A stretch of 64,000 nucleotides of DNA from Epiperipatus broadwayi. Its lineage: Eukaryota; Animalia; Onychophora. The notes beneath the pieces were generated by a model. That model saw only the letters and a list, made by a program, of their open reading frames with translations. It ran no database searches and was not told the origin of the DNA. Numbering within the stretch: the stretch's first letter is position 1; each line of letters begins with the position of its first letter. The stretch covers positions 5,642,001 through 5,706,000 of the forward strand of contig JAQFVV010000011.1 of the NCBI GenBank assembly GCA_028023455.1. The letters are read 5' to 3'. A program made the position numbers and the translations under genes. Below are positions 24,201 to 39,153 of the stretch, piece after piece.

Positions 24201-26817
24201 ATTATAGTATTATAAAGTAATATATTGATAATAATATGGAAGTGTCCAGGTTCATTTAAAAAAGACATTTTCATGTGGCCTGCATTTTAACTTCTTAACC
24301 CTGTTTAGGGAAATTTAATATTATAACGTGAGCAGTAGAGATGTAGTCAGTAATCTGCCTAATTAATTGCTAAGGACATTTATATTAAGATATATTAAGA
24401 TACTAATCTCAATGAAAAAATAATAGTTAGAATCTTGTAGTTTAGAACTATAATAAGTGCAAAAAAGATATAAATTCAAGATTCTATAAAAGAAAAGTAT
24501 ATTATATTTTAATAAAGTACCAGACCTAATAATGTTTTATCAATACTCATTAGTTAATTATTAAAGTGTGATTTGAAGTAAAGTTAAGTCATAAATTAAT
24601 TCATATTATATGAATAAAATTAAGAACTGTAAAAGAAGTATTTTAGATCTACATGATAAAATAATTGCCAAAAATAACAAATTTATATGGTTTCAGGTCA
24701 AGTAGAACTGGTCTATCAATATTGTTGATAATTTATACATTTGTTCAAGAATTTCACAGTTTTGTTTGCTTCAGAAATTCAGTTTGTTGAAATTGATTAT
24801 ACATATATAATTAGTTTTGATGATAATATATTTGCTTATTAGGATTTAGTTTTATACTTACAATTTTTGATGATATTTCTTATACAGTATTTTTATTTTA
24901 TTTAATCCCTTTTTTAAAGATAGGTTCCATAGAGAGTATTGATATTAGTTCATTGTCAACACTATACACATGTAGTGAATCTGGTGATTTAAATGTATGC
25001 TATCTCCCCTCCCCTACATGATTATATATGTAAGAAAGGTCTTGTCTCATGTAAGATATGAACTAATTTATATGGTAATTTATTGAATAAATAAATGTAA
25101 AATAATGCTAAAAAAATATTAACATTATTTTAAATATGATAAAGTGAATTAAATTATTTCTGTTAAATGAAAGATATTCAAAAAATTAAAAGATTAGTAA
25201 ACATATATAGTAGAAAAAATAACTTGCAATAGTACAGTTGTTGATACTTTTTAACAAGTATTTTTTGCAGTTGATAATATTTTTTTTTATTTTTAAAAAA
25301 AAAACAACCTTTTCCCACTATAGTTGAATTAACAGAATATTTTGTTATATAAGCTAAAATTAAATTAATGTTCATCATTAATGAATAACTATTAAAACTG
25401 CATAATGAGATAATAGATTACACAATGTATAATAAAACTTACAATCTATACATTTTTAAAATATATGAATAAAAACAAATGAAAAAAAAAACAAAACCCA
25501 CAAACCATTCCCGAAATGTATTTGCGGCAGAATCAACTTTTATTATTTGGTCCAGATCATTACCCACATATAATTTCATGATTTTAGTTTAATGTTTATT
25601 CTTGTCAAATTGAATTATACATGATTTTTACATTATGTATACTAAATTTATGAACATAACATCAGGCATGGTTTTTTGGTATATGCAAGATGCTTGTAAT
25701 TGGGTGAGAAAAATATTAATATAGCCATATGGAAATATTTTAAAGTGTTATGGTATTTTTTTTTAGTTTTCAAATAATTTTTCATAGCTTTTTAATTTAC
25801 CATAATTTTGGCCTGTTTTTATCCATATATCACATGAAAGAAGTTTAGATACTACATTCTAAGATATGTATGCATGAACAGCTTTACCAAGCAAATTCCA
25901 TTGAAATTGTGCATACATTTTTTTATAAATTCAAATTGATGCATGAAATGTTGTTGTAACAACTAAAATTATTTTAAAATGCTGATATCCTTAGTGATTT
26001 ATAAAAACTATCTGTTAGCATGTTTTAATTTATCATTGATTGTCTGAAAACCTTATTGATTCTGTCATGACAATGTTCACACATAATAAGATTTTATTCT
26101 CTTTTCTGCATGAAATAGATAATGTGGAACAAAAGATATCTCTTTTCAAGAATTTTTATTTAACAGTTTTTAGTTTACAATTACATAACATTTTCTTTTA
26201 TTTTTATAATTTTTGTTAATCATGATGCACATCTCATATTTTAATACTTATCATTTTACACTTACAATAATCATTGATTATTTTACATTATAATATAAAC
26301 TTCAAACTTAAGGTACGGCACAATCACCTACTATCTTAATGTATTATGATATTTTAACATTACCATATCTAGGTGATTTTTCTATACAATTTTCAGATTT
26401 AGTGATTGTATAAAATACAATTAGCAAATTCATGCAGCCCTATCTATAAATGCTCGTGTGCATCTATATAATAAAAACACACACCAGTCTGCTGGTTGAA
26501 ATATTAAAGCAGTTTTATAGAGAAGTAATTGTGTGTTTTTATTTTGTTTTTATTTTTCCTTTAGTTAGTTCGTATATTTATTATTTTCATATATATATTG
26601 TAATCTTCATGAGAGTTTACATACGTGGCTTTTGTACAGGTATATGCATTTTTTTAATTATATATTTTTAAATGTTATAAAGCTCATGCATGTAAAATAA
26701 ATTATTAATTCAGTTAAAAAGAAAAATAATAATTATTATTATTAAATGACAATGTTGTTTTTTGTTTTGTTTATTCCAATTATGAGTGAAAATAAAATCG
26801 ACTATTTAAAATAACAA

Positions 26818-26965
26818 GTTGCTATGGAAAACAGTTGCAAAATGAAGGAAAAAAACTCTGTGCTTTTCAAACCAAAGGAAGGAAAAACAGCACTTCTTGA
26901 GCTTATAATGGATGCCAAGAATATTTTAATGCGTATCTATGTGGATATATAATTTATTTATTGAG
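26818..26965 (+). promoter_or_regulatory. Candidate RFX X-box followed by a candidate non-coding exon
   Basis: GTTGCTATGGAAAAC (26818-26832) fits the X-box with a 3-nt spacer; strong donor GAG/GTAAGA at 26966; the only ORF (26824-26952) stops before the donor. Confidence 0.25.
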
Positions 26966-29900
26966 GTAAGACTTCAGAGTGCTCCCCCTCCCACCAAACC
27001 TTTCACTGATATAGCTTATTATGGAGATATAAATATAAAATACCTTAGTAATCAACAGCAACCCTCTCAACCTTGTAACTGATTGAGGTTGTTAAAATAT
27101 ATGACACTTGACACTTGATTTCACAAGGAAACCTGCCATTCAATTAATTGTTTAATTAATGGATTAATTAATTATGTAGATTCAGTACACTCAATCATAA
27201 GGAAAGGAATTTAATGGAAATAGATCATTGATAAATTGAAAATATTAAATAAGGATGCTTATGGCCATACATATATCTCGATTCCAATGTGAAAGAAAAC
27301 CAAGTTCAACTGGAAAAAAAATAGGTTACTTAATAAAATCCATATGACACTTTTATGGATTGTTATAAGTAAAAAGATTTTCTGTCATGCACGTTCTTTA
27401 TACTTGTACATTGATGTAAATAAATAAATATGATTTGATATATTTTTATCTACTAATACATTGATGTAAAAATATAAGTATGAATTGTTACATTGTTTTT
27501 TTTTTATATTTGTTAATTAAATTAATGTAATTATTAATAATTTCATTGTTTATTTATTTGTCATCCAAATTCCAAGTAGATTAATTTATTTTGTCTTAGA
27601 ATTATATCTTAAATGTAGAGAGGATAATGGGCAGAAAATATGGATGGATCTGCATAAAGGCTTGTCCTTCATGTAAGCCCAGTTTGATTATTATCTATGA
27701 TTATTATCAATTAGTTATTAAAAAAAATAAAAATTGTATAGTCTCTCCATCATGTTCTTGGTTATCCACATGGTATTCATATTCAGAATTAATTCATGAA
27801 TATTTTTATTTTATAATACTTTGATCAATTACCATTATCTGTATCATTTTCTTATTGGGAAACTGTCACATTATATATTGTAATGAAATAATGATAATTT
27901 AAAATTTTTTTTATTGGCTTATCAGTATTGCAACTATTATTTATTATTAATATCATTATTATCATAGCTATGAATAACAATATTAAAATTATATTATTAT
28001 TGATAATATTACCTTAGAAGGCAAATTATTAAACTGATCCATGATGTCTTCTCATATATATTTTATAAATACATTGTTTTCGAATATGTGTATGAAATTT
28101 TTTTTATCATAGTTTATATTTAATTATAAAAGACACTTGCACATATAAAATTAATTTTAAAACAATAATACTTAGAATGAAAAAGGTATATTACTACTAC
28201 TAATAAAAATAAATTATTTAAAAATAGTATTAGTAAAGGAATAACTTTATTAGTGTATGTATAAGATTAAAATTACATTTAATAAAGATAGAAAGTTTTA
28301 GCACAATATTTAAATATATGTGAGCACATGCACAAATGATTATAATTCTTGATTGTATTTAATACAATTACAAAATACTTAGGTAAATTTATTATTATTT
28401 GTAATAAAAGATTAATTATAATTAGAACTTAAAAACAAATAAAATCATTTATTTTAATATTTACAATATGAATATTTATTTGTAAAGTAATACATGTTTT
28501 ATTTCTATTAATTATAAGATCCTTAAAATATTATTTTGTCATTTTTTAAAATAATTTTATTACAAATTGCTACAAATTCTTAAAACTTCCAAAGATCACC
28601 TACTTCACACTCATGAACCATGTGACACAATCCTATAAATACATCTATATGTTCAGAATTGTTTAATCTTTATTAGCTGATTGCAAGCGAACTCTATGAA
28701 CTTAAATTTAAAGCTAGCCATATGTATCTTGCAATACAATGATAATAGAGTAAAGAATCAGATAAACATTTGCTTTAATGGCAAATGTATCTAACCATGT
28801 TCATTTTGTAATGCACTTTAAATGGAATGAAATTTTATAACTTAGATTTAAATATGAAATTTGAAACTGTTTTGGGAATGCTATTTTTATTTAAACCATG
28901 TTACTCACTTATCTATTCACTAAATATTTGCTTAATGTTATAATTACTACAGCAACCTACAGTTTTCCCAATAAACACTTATGTCTTGGACAATGAATGT
29001 TAAAAATGGAATTTAACTAAAGAATTTTATCTTCATTTTGAAAAACATTTTTTTATTGTACATTTACTGTTAAGATGAACTTTTAACTATTGGACTTATC
29101 TTCATAAATATTTAGAGAAAAGTTACAATTTATGAATGCCATCCCTCAAGAGATTAATAACTATGTTTCACATCTAGGAAATAAAACAACTTACGGTGAT
29201 TTTGGAATATTTTAAACTTACTGGCAATGGATTGTACTTAAAAAGTTCAAACTTCATTACTGGATTAAATTTGTTTCTCTCATCCATTAGGATTTTACAA
29301 CTTAAAACATCAAAGGATGTAATCAATTTCAAATATTTTGAAAGAATGTGCTAGAATAAATATTTTGAATTTTTTTTTAAAAAAGACTTAGAATTAATTT
29401 TAAATTATAAAGATATATTATATTTCTCGAATTTGTTTAAGTGTTATAATATCTAGAGTTATCTTTGTTAGTGAAAGTTCTCACAAAAAGAAAGGTATAA
29501 TAAAAAATATTAAATTTATGATTACCATTTAGTATGTGTGTGTTGTTGATTCTTTGTAGTATGAAGACCAGTTGGTAATATTTAAATTTAATTAATAATT
29601 TATAATTAAGTCGTAATACCCCATGTTTATCTAAAGTATCTAGTTTAAATATTTATAAATATTACCCATCTTATTTATCCACAGAAGTACTTTCTAGATT
29701 TTATAAAGATTATATTGTATATTCACTTATACTTGTGGCAACTGATACATGTATAAATATTATTGTTCAGTTGAGTTGAACTCCTGACAATATTGTATTC
29801 TCAGTTTAATCATAATGTAAGCTTTATAAGCCTCTTATGAAATGCCAGAAGTACCTATGGAATCAGTTTAATTAGAAAGAATATTATAAGTTGGGTTAAT

Positions 29901-30194
29901 GTTTTTCAGTATTAATCATGTGACATGGAGCACATATTAGACATTCAGCACCTTTTCACATATGTATCAATCCACTGATACCTTTGTAATATTGTGATCT
30001 GACCAAAATAATGTGTACGTAGATCTTATACATGATATTTTCGTAAAAATTTACAAAAATAATATGTATATTGATCTTTTGTATGTGATATTTTCCCAAG
30101 ATTTACAAAGTTATCGGCAGGTTGTATACATGTGTGAAAAGGCGCAGCATGCCTAAAACATACTTTATGTCACAGGACTAATACACACCCTAAT

Positions 30195-31013
30195 ACACAC
30201 TATAAATAATTCTTAAGCAATTAATACGAGATGCCATTAAACAAAAAGGCTATAAAATCGGTAAGTTTCAAAAACTTTGGAGCATGTTTTACCAGAAACA
30301 TATGCGACTTCCACAGGAGAAATATACATTTAATATATATTAAAGGGTTAATTTTTAAGCAAATAACATGAGACATCATTAAACAAAAAAATGCAAATTC
30401 CCTGATATATAATTAAAAAAAGGATGAAATACATGCGACATTTTCAATAAATATATATATACAAAATTAACAAAGCGTATGACACACTTGAATGAGAAGC
30501 TATAAAGATACACAGAAATTATTACATGCTATATGAAATTTAGATGAAAAAGTATAAAATGTAGCAATTTTAATCTGTAAATTACAAACGATAAATAATT
30601 ACACACTATAAATAATTTTTAAGCAATTAATACTAGACACCATTAAATTAAAAGCCATAAAATCGGTAAATTTCAAAAACTTTGGAGTGTATTTTACCAG
30701 AAACATATATGACTTTCACAGGAGAAATATATATTTAATATATATTAAAGGTTAATTTTTAAGCAATTCCCTGATATATTATTAAAAAAATAATGAAATA
30801 TATGCAGCATTTTCAATAACTATATATATAAAATTTAAACGAAAAAGTATAAAAAAAATTAATTGGTAAATCACAAAAATTCCTTAAAATACTATTTAGA
30901 AAAACAAAATATTATTTATGGGGAAAAAAAGCATGAAAGATATATGGCATTTTCAATAAATACATACAGCATTTTTAATAAATATATATGAAATTTAGAT
31001 GAAAAAGTATAAC
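30195..31013. repeat. Diverged ~406-bp tandem repeat next to the Merlin element
   Basis: ACACACTATAAATAAT..AAAATCGGTAA..TTTTACCAGAAACATAT..CAGGAGAAATAT at 30195 and 30601, plus a partial third copy. Confidence 0.85.
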
Positions 31014-31377
31014 AATATTAAAGATATCACATGCTATTATGGACTGAACAATGACTAAATTACCAAAATTTTTAAAATATTCATGAAAACATAAAATATA
31101 CACACATATGTTACCATGCAATATATAACAGGAATTGTCGCAATAAATAAATACAAAGGTTCTGTTTGATTTTATTAATAGGTCAATCAAATTTTCCAGA
31201 TAAAATGGAGATTTCAAGTAAAAATTTTACACTTTTTCCCCTCCAAAATGAACATGTGATTGTGGAGAGTATTGCTTTAACAGGATTTTTTTTTAAAAAA
31301 TGTTAAAAGGAAACCATTTTGCTACAAAACAAAAAAATACACAACTTTTATTAGTAATTCATATTGGCAGCAAATTA

Positions 31378-32217
31378 TTTTTGATCTCATTCATTATGCA
31401 AATGAATGCATCCTTGTCTTTATGACACCTGCGTCACATAAATTTGGCCAAATGCAAATCCAAATATTGCTGAGATGTTTCCCATTATTGCTTATTATGC
31501 CATTTTGTGGAACCCCAAAGTTTTTCGATGTTTTGCATGTGGACATCTGTTTCCATATTGATGAAATTATACTTATGGTTCACACAAAAATAGTTGAAAC
31601 TGCACTTTTGTATGCCTTCTAACAATTGGAATATATGGTCGAACCCTTGTTTACATTTTTCTTGATGGCTTCCATGAGAGTTGCTGTTGTCCTATCACTA
31701 ATTCTAATGTTAAAACACTCATTGGTCTCTCTGCACAAGCCACCGAACATCCACTGTTCAGGAAGAATGTGTCTGGATTGGGTTTTTCTTTTGGAAAATA
31801 GGCTCTCATCTATCTTGACAATTTTGTCAGGCCCTCCAATTTTTCATCTTTCATGTTCAAACATAGCAGTTGTACAAACTTCTTGGATGTAGCTATTCCA
31901 GTCAATCACTGTCTTATCTGCTAAACTGAGCTCCATTTTGTCCCATTCTATGGAGGTTCATTTCTGAGCCCAACTACATATAAAACATATGGCAGTTAGG
32001 AGTGGGATTCTGGAACCCTTCAACCATGTTCCCTTACAAATGCCGATTCTATGGTTGCATCCTCAAATATTGCAATGCCATTTCCTGTCTGAGGAATGAA
32101 TGCAAATGATCATAGGATGACCATTTGGATACATTTTATGAGATTGCAGGATTTTTTTTTTTGGAAATACGACACAGTGTCCATTTCAGTTGATGGAAGG
32201 TTCCAAATTGTCATCAT
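31378..32217 (-). pseudogene. Merlin (IS1595/ISXO2-like DDE) transposase remnant
   Basis: Minus strand: MMTIWNLP..KTVIDWNSYIQEVC..KIGGPDKIVKIDESLFSKRK..QWMFGGLCRET..TIYSNC*KAY..VNHKYNF..HMQNIEKLWGSTKW..YLDLHLAKFM*R. Stops and frameshifts. Candidate GTGAGT..AG 5'UTR intron at 32224-32303. TIRs not identified. Confidence 0.88.
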
Positions 32218-32633
32218 TTTGGACTGTTCAACAAACAAAAAAAGCATTTAATTACGAGAAATATACAATGGAAATCAAAAGGAAAGTACAGTTATTTACT
32301 CACAATCAACTTAATTAAGCAACAATGAAATTAAAACAAATAGTAATTATGTAGAAAAAATATAATGACAGTAACTGTGAAGAAAAAATCCAATTAAAAT
32401 CAAGCTATTGTCAAAATGAATTCTTGACAATAACTGGGCCAAAAAAAAGATCAGATATATGATAAGAAATCTTGAAAAATAGTTGAAAAAAAAAATTAGA
32501 TTGGAGCTACGGTAAACACATTTTGATATGACATCAGATAACAACATTTCAGGATTTACTTGGATTTATTTGACCTGATCACAATGTTACACATTTATCA
32601 TGGATGTGAAAAGGTGCAACAGGTCTAATACCT

Positions 32634-33077
32634 AAGGGGTGGCCAACTTTTGTGTTCATAAGATCTACTTTTTATTTTTAATATGTGTTGTGATCGACTT
32701 GTTGTCATAGGCATAGTCTATAAGTGGAGGGAGGCATGAAGTACATACTATTTTTATATATCTACCTAGTAAAAAATAATTATTTAATGGGCCAAAAACT
32801 CATGTCTGGGGGAATTAAAGCAACTTGAGTAATTATTAATAATATTTATTAATTCAAATTAGCTATATTAAATCAAGATTAAAAATATTATTTTCAATAA
32901 TGATATAACTTAGTAGACTTCACTTATCTAGAATTGAAAAAAAAATTAGAACAAAAATAAAAATAACAAAAAAACTTGAAAATCTTCATTTAATTTGTTT
33001 CACTTGTTACCCAAGAGCTCTTGCCAATAACTTTGCAATTGACCAGTGCATCATAATTGACTTGTTGGACACCCCTG
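32634..33077 (+). mobile_element. hAT MITE
   Basis: Ends AAGGGGTGGCCAAC / GTTGGACACCCCTG; flanks TAATACCT and TAAAACAT match at 6 of 8 positions. Confidence 0.65.
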
Positions 33078-34339
33078 TAAAACATGCTGTGCACAAGATC
33101 AATACATAAGTACATGTCTTTCTCTTGTTTGAAATAACTAAGTTTATAAATTAGATACCTAGAAGAAACGGATTTTATTCTTTAATTAAAGATACAATAA
33201 AACATTCTTTTGTTTGATTCATTATTTATAATTAAGTTTTTTGAATAGATGTTAACAACTTTTTCCAATAAAGTGTGTATATTACATCATGTCAAGATAC
33301 ACAACACATTTAATTACGAATAAAGAAAGAATATTTTCTTAAAGTCATCACAAGAATATTTATAATCATTGTGGAGAACTTATCTCATTTATTTAAAATA
33401 TTTTTATATTTATTATCGATAATAAATTAATTATATACAGTATTTTGCTAATTATCTGGTCATTGCCATTAATTAGTTAATACTTATCATCTACTAATTG
33501 TATAAGTAGATATGGTCACAAGATTTTATAATTATTATACATTATTTAAAAGATTATCAGTTTGATCCAAAAGGTTATTCATTATTTTTATATACTTAAA
33601 CCATCTTTATCTTAATATTTATTTGATTAAGATATGAATTAAATACACTAAAATGCCATTTGCTATTTAGTCATATCAAATATAATAATTTATAATTTAT
33701 AAAAATTTAAAATTTTAAGAATAGTATTTACTATACTGTGTTATTAGAACTCTGTGATAACTTTAAATCAAATTTACATAATATGAAAGCTTAAGACAAA
33801 CCTGCTAATCTAAAAGAAGAATGTTATAGGATTTATTCTTGTAAATCCACAGTTATACTTTAAGTCATAGTAGAATCTTGAGATATTATTGTGATTAATC
33901 ATAAAGATACATCTATATAGTGCTTCCTTAAAATAAATATTTGTTTATTATAACATCTCCTAAAGTGACTATACAAGTGTTTAAAAGTTTAAGCTCAGCA
34001 TTATTTAATTGATAAATCGTCAAAACTTGTTTTAGCACAAATTATCAGTTACAATATATATATATATATATTACTTATCAAGCAAATTTTAAATTAAATG
34101 GCCTATAAATGTACATATATTCACATTAAAATTGCGATAAATCAGCTTCTCCAGGATGACTATTTCAAACATTTCTCAGCTAACTGCAATAAATTATTTA
34201 TGTAGTTGCCATTTTAGCATTAACTTGTTTCACTTATGTAAGTACAAAATTATCCCAAATCCAAAACTCAATCAAACTAGCCAAGAAAACAAAATCTACA
34301 ACACAAACAATGGTTTCACTGCTCTCAATAGGAATATGA

Positions 34340-35228
34340 AAAATTGAAAATGTTTTTTAAAGATTGAAGTCTTATTCCTAATCCAATGAAGACAGTATAG
34401 TAATTTTTTTATCTAAATAACAAGGATCATTTTGCAATCTGAATATAATCTTTTGCAATATTAATCTATAGCATAATTCTATCCCATGCTATTTAAAAGC
34501 AACTTTAGATCATAGACCAAGTTATTTTTCTCATCTAAGATTAGATCAAAATTAATTTTTCTTAGCATCAGCATTTTTTACTGGAGAATATTATATCCCT
34601 TGTTGGAGAAAAACTTCTCACTTAAACTTCCTGGGACTTCAATTAAATACTATCATGAGAAATTTTACTGGTACACCCAAGTGTGTTTCTTCACAAAGGC
34701 TTTATCTTTTTTTTTTTTAAATATTCCTCCACCTGATTTCAGAAGAGACTGTGAAGCAGGTCAAAATTGCCAATAACTAAAGATATAGTTTCATCACTCA
34801 AGACTAGGCTGAAATCAAGATTTTTAATTTTTGTTATTCAATCAAGAATCTACAATCAAAGAATTATGGCATAAAAACAATTCTTATGATATTCTAAATA
34901 AATTACTTTTTTCAGATTTAACAATAAAGCCACCTGAATTTGGTCTTTTTAGATGCAACTATAGTCTCATCAACAGATTCAGGATAAACTATGGTCATTG
35001 CATTCCTCTGCTTCACAAAGAGAATTTATTTTCACCCACTAATTTTTGTAAATGTGGATAAATAGTAACTATGAACCATATTGTTAATAACTATCAAACA
35101 TATGGCTATACTAGCAAAGTTGAAGGATTTAATAAAGCCTTTAATGAATCTATTTGGTTGCAATCTCAACATGTTTCTTTATGATATCTTGTTAATTATT
35201 AAGCTGTACAAATCCATATACTAAATAA
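34340..35228 (+). mobile_element. RTEX-like LINE, decayed 3' portion
   Basis: LIPNPMKTV..FYLNNK, HNSIPCYLKATLDHRPSY, KPPEFGLFR..INRFRINYGHC..LHK..CKCG..TMNHIVN (C-terminal Cys/His motif); ends CTAAATAA like the copy at 51362. Confidence 0.7.
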
Positions 35229-36338
35229 TGAACTGGGAAAATATTGTGGAGATGAAAACATTGATGAGTTGTAATTAAACAATATATTAGGGTCTTTTAG
35301 AAGGAAAGGTTTACTGCAGAAATAAAAGACAGCTTCATAAAATGTCAGTCAGAATAGAGAATAATATATTTTATATATGGACATAATTTTCATTCTCAGA
35401 TTGGTTTATTTACTCATTCAAAAGTCATCTTTAATGGATTATTGCTTTTTTTTTTTTTTTACTTTCTATCATTATTATTTTTGGATTGGAATAACCATGA
35501 ATGGCTGCTGATAAAAAGACTCATTTTTGAAGACCAACTAGATTTTGAAAAATAATATCATAGCAACATGCTAACACATATAAATGTTGTTTGCAATATC
35601 AATGCTATTCAAGTTGATCATTAACAGAATCATTTAAACATTCTTATTTGGAAATATATATGTTAGATAAGTGATATAATAAGAAAATGACTGTAACATA
35701 TACATCACATCATTTCTTTATTACATATGTATGTATATCTGAGGTAGAATATACAATTGTGGCATGCATACAAACTAGATTAAAAAAAATATAATTATGG
35801 CTATTGATAGATGAATGAAGTTAGTAAATTCAGTACATAGATTTCATGTTCATAGATTCAGTCAGATAAATTATGATTAAAAAAGTAGTTAACATGTTTA
35901 TTTGTCTTAGCTTTTTTAACATTTTTTTGTAAGATTTGATTAAAAAAAAACGTAGTATTCCGTTTGTATCTATAATTGATAAAAAAAAATAGTGCTAATA
36001 TTTTTATTATATATTCAATAATTACGTCATTTAAACATGGCTGCATAAATAAGTATAATTTTTACAGATTATAATACTGATTGGAGAAATGTATAAAGTG
36101 TACAGCTAATTATTAGCATCCAAGTTCCAAAATGTGACAATAGATTTTTTTAATTGAATGAACCGATACTCAATATTTTATTTCTATTTTTTTGTGTGTG
36201 TTCTTTACTGTGAATTGATATAAGAACGTTTACTTACAAGCAAACTATTGTGATCTTTCTCAAGATAATATAGAAATGATTATGATTTTTTGGATTTATT
36301 TTTTATTGCCGTAGTAATAGTATATACATAATACTTTT

Positions 36339-36553
36339 CATACTTATGTGCGTATGCTTGCAGAAGTGGGATATTTTTACCCTCTTCTTTCTGCTTTATT
36401 ATCTGGCTTTAATTATTGGGTTGAGTGCAGTTTGGGTGAAACACCAGAAATGAAAGTGCATTTGTCCAAATAGTTAAAACCAGTTAATAAAGCAAAAAGA
36501 AGAGGGGGGGGGGAGGGATATCCCACTTCATCAAGCATATACACATATGTATG
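36339..36553. repeat. Imperfect ~215-bp foldback (about 95-bp arms)
   Basis: CATACTTATGTGCGTATGCTTGCAGAAGTGGGATAT..CCCTCTTCTTTCTGCTTTATTA pairs with TAATAAAGCAAAAAGAAGAGGG..ATATCCCACTTCATCAAGCATATACACATATGTATG. Confidence 0.85.
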
Positions 36554-38995
36554 CAAAAATACTACACATATAATAAAATGAAAATTAAAATTATATATAT
36601 AAAGATAATATTATTTAATTTTTTTTTTTTTTTCATTAATTAATGTAACTACTGAAATTTTGGAATCCACATGGAATCTACATGTGCTTTTCATTTTAAC
36701 TACTCTATATGCAATTAATGGCTATTAAATATCCAGTGCTGAAAATTAGTACTTTAGAAATATTACAATGTATATACTGTGTGTTATCTGTATAAAAGAT
36801 TTGTACTATGCTTTAGACATATTTGATTAATAAATTATGCACATCTTTTGATGTGACAAAAGGTGGATGGAATTGTATATTATTTTTTAAGTGTCTCGGT
36901 ATTTCATTAAAGTAAAAAAAAATATATATATATTTTTTTTGGAAAAATCATTCAGCAGTAGCTTCACTAAAGTTTGACTATAATTATGTATATTACAAAC
37001 GTACAAAATTTATTTTATCAAAAAGAAAATAAAAGTCATTATCATAAATAATCCATTATAATATAACTGTTGGGGAAATAGCATTCCATGTTGGAAAGAG
37101 AATCTATTTGCTTAATTGAATAATTTTATGTTACTCTGATTTCTGTATATGTTATTATATATTTTTGCTTCTTAAAATTTACTTTATTAATTATACAAAG
37201 AGCAGATGAAAGGGAGGAGCATTAACTTGTTAATTTTATTTTTTTTTCGTACCACCTCAGTGATAAATTGACAGCTTTTATTGACCTATATATAATGTTG
37301 TTTTTTGACATTTATTATTTATTATTTTAAAACATTTGAATTTTAATTAGTTTTATTTATTATTATTATTTCTTGGCATTACCTTGTTGATTAATTAAAA
37401 AATGTTGTAAGGATTCTTCTAATGTTTTAGTAACATTATGACTTACTTTTTCAATTAATAAACTATATTCTAATTTGTATGTGTGCATAATTAAATTATT
37501 AAATGGGAAAAATTAAATCGTTCTTATATTTTTTTCAAATAATACAAGTATTATTTTATTTTTTACAATTATTTTTAAAAAAAAAACATGCATTTATACT
37601 ATATATTTATGTTTTCTACTATTCATATCATTTTTTTTTTTTTTTTTGGCTTAGTATCAAAACAACTTTAAACTTTACTTGTATATATAATTCAAGAATA
37701 CAATTATATTATAGATTTTAAGATTTTTTTGAATAGAATTGTTTGATTCTTTATATATCACTCTTTTCGTTTTGAGCTTTAATCATCATATATCTGGAAT
37801 GTAATATTTCTTTATTTTAGAGAATAATAACTATATATTTTCTTTTTAAAAAGATAGATTATTTTTAAATTAAATAGTACTAAAAATGTATATATATATA
37901 ATTGAATGGTCATTTGGAAGATTCTAGAAAAAGAAGTGAAAACTGAACTTTGATTTAACAATTTGACATTTGAATTTAAAGAACTCCTTAACATTTGGTA
38001 CAAAATGTCAAAATTATAGATTCATTATTATTTTATTGGAACTGTTTATTATAAAATTGCAATACAAGTCTTGATATGTAGGCCCAAGTCATCTTATCAT
38101 CAACAATAATTAGACATTCCCATAATTGATTATTAAAAAATTATTTGAAGACAAATCTAGATTTTTTGAGATTATTTATGATGAGAAGCCATAAACAAAT
38201 TATAAACAATATATATAACAAGCATGCCATGTTTGTCTAAATTATAAACTTATTAATATAGAAAATGTTATGTTGTATGTAAATAATTTCTATGATAATA
38301 GTTTAAGTTCTGCAGCAATATAAATTTTAATGAGAATTGTATATATTGTTGGATATCTTATGACTTGTGTATTGTGTTTGGGATTTTTTCTGTAAAGCAG
38401 ATTGCATGATTCCATAGAGTCCCTGCAAGATAGTAATCATTATTTACATGTTTATTTATGTCATATATTTTGAATTGCTTTAAGTTTTAAGTTTTTCTTG
38501 AAAATAATGTTATTTTATTACTTGATGAATGTTGAATGTTTTAAAATTAATGATTTAACATTTAATTATAAATTTTAATGCTGTTGTATCTATTACTAAG
38601 GCACATTTTATTGGATAAACTATATGAACTGAATGCAAAGCAATGATACTTTTTAAAAAATGTATTTTATAATGAAGTTAATTAGGATTTTTGTGAAAGA
38701 ATTATATTTCATTTGTATTGTAAAAATTAAATTACTGAGACTATAAAGAAGTATAACATCAACTGCTGTTATTAAAAATATATGGGTGAGCATAGAAATA
38801 TATTGGAAAGTTACTAGCAGACAAGATGTTGAAGTTTCAGAAATAAAAGTTTACTACAGAAAAATTTAAAAGAAAGCATCATTAGATATCACAAAACTTA
38901 AGACCTCCCTGTGATATATTTGCCTTATTTATGGTTTGTATCATCATTATTTGACTCTTTTTTTTTTGCCTTTTTCTTTTTTTTTTTGGAATTAG

Positions 38996-39153
38996 GATAG
39001 CCATATTCATGTATGAGTTTCACCTCTTTTGACAAAGTAAAAATTTAGATTAAACAAATCAAGAAAGAGCGAGAATTTGAAAAGAAACAACAACGATAAC
39101 AAAGTAACTTTTTGCGATTTGTCAGTCTTTTGTGTATTCTTATAATGATACTA
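38996..39153 (+). other. Candidate alternative upstream exon of the PP2A-B'' gene ending ATG ATA CTA (M-I-L)
   Basis: Long pyrimidine tract plus AG at 38995; local CpG retention; ATG at 39145 with A at -3; donor CTA/GTAAGA at 39154 in phase 0, compatible with the exon at 46317. Confidence 0.25.

Noticed and set aside
28740-29100. Possible Helitron Rep remnant (PCSFCNAL)
   Set aside because: One short motif only; no termini or helicase motifs.
37916-37930. Isolated three-unit HSE GAAgaTTCtaGAA
   Set aside because: Single site with no promoter context; plausible by chance in AT-rich DNA.
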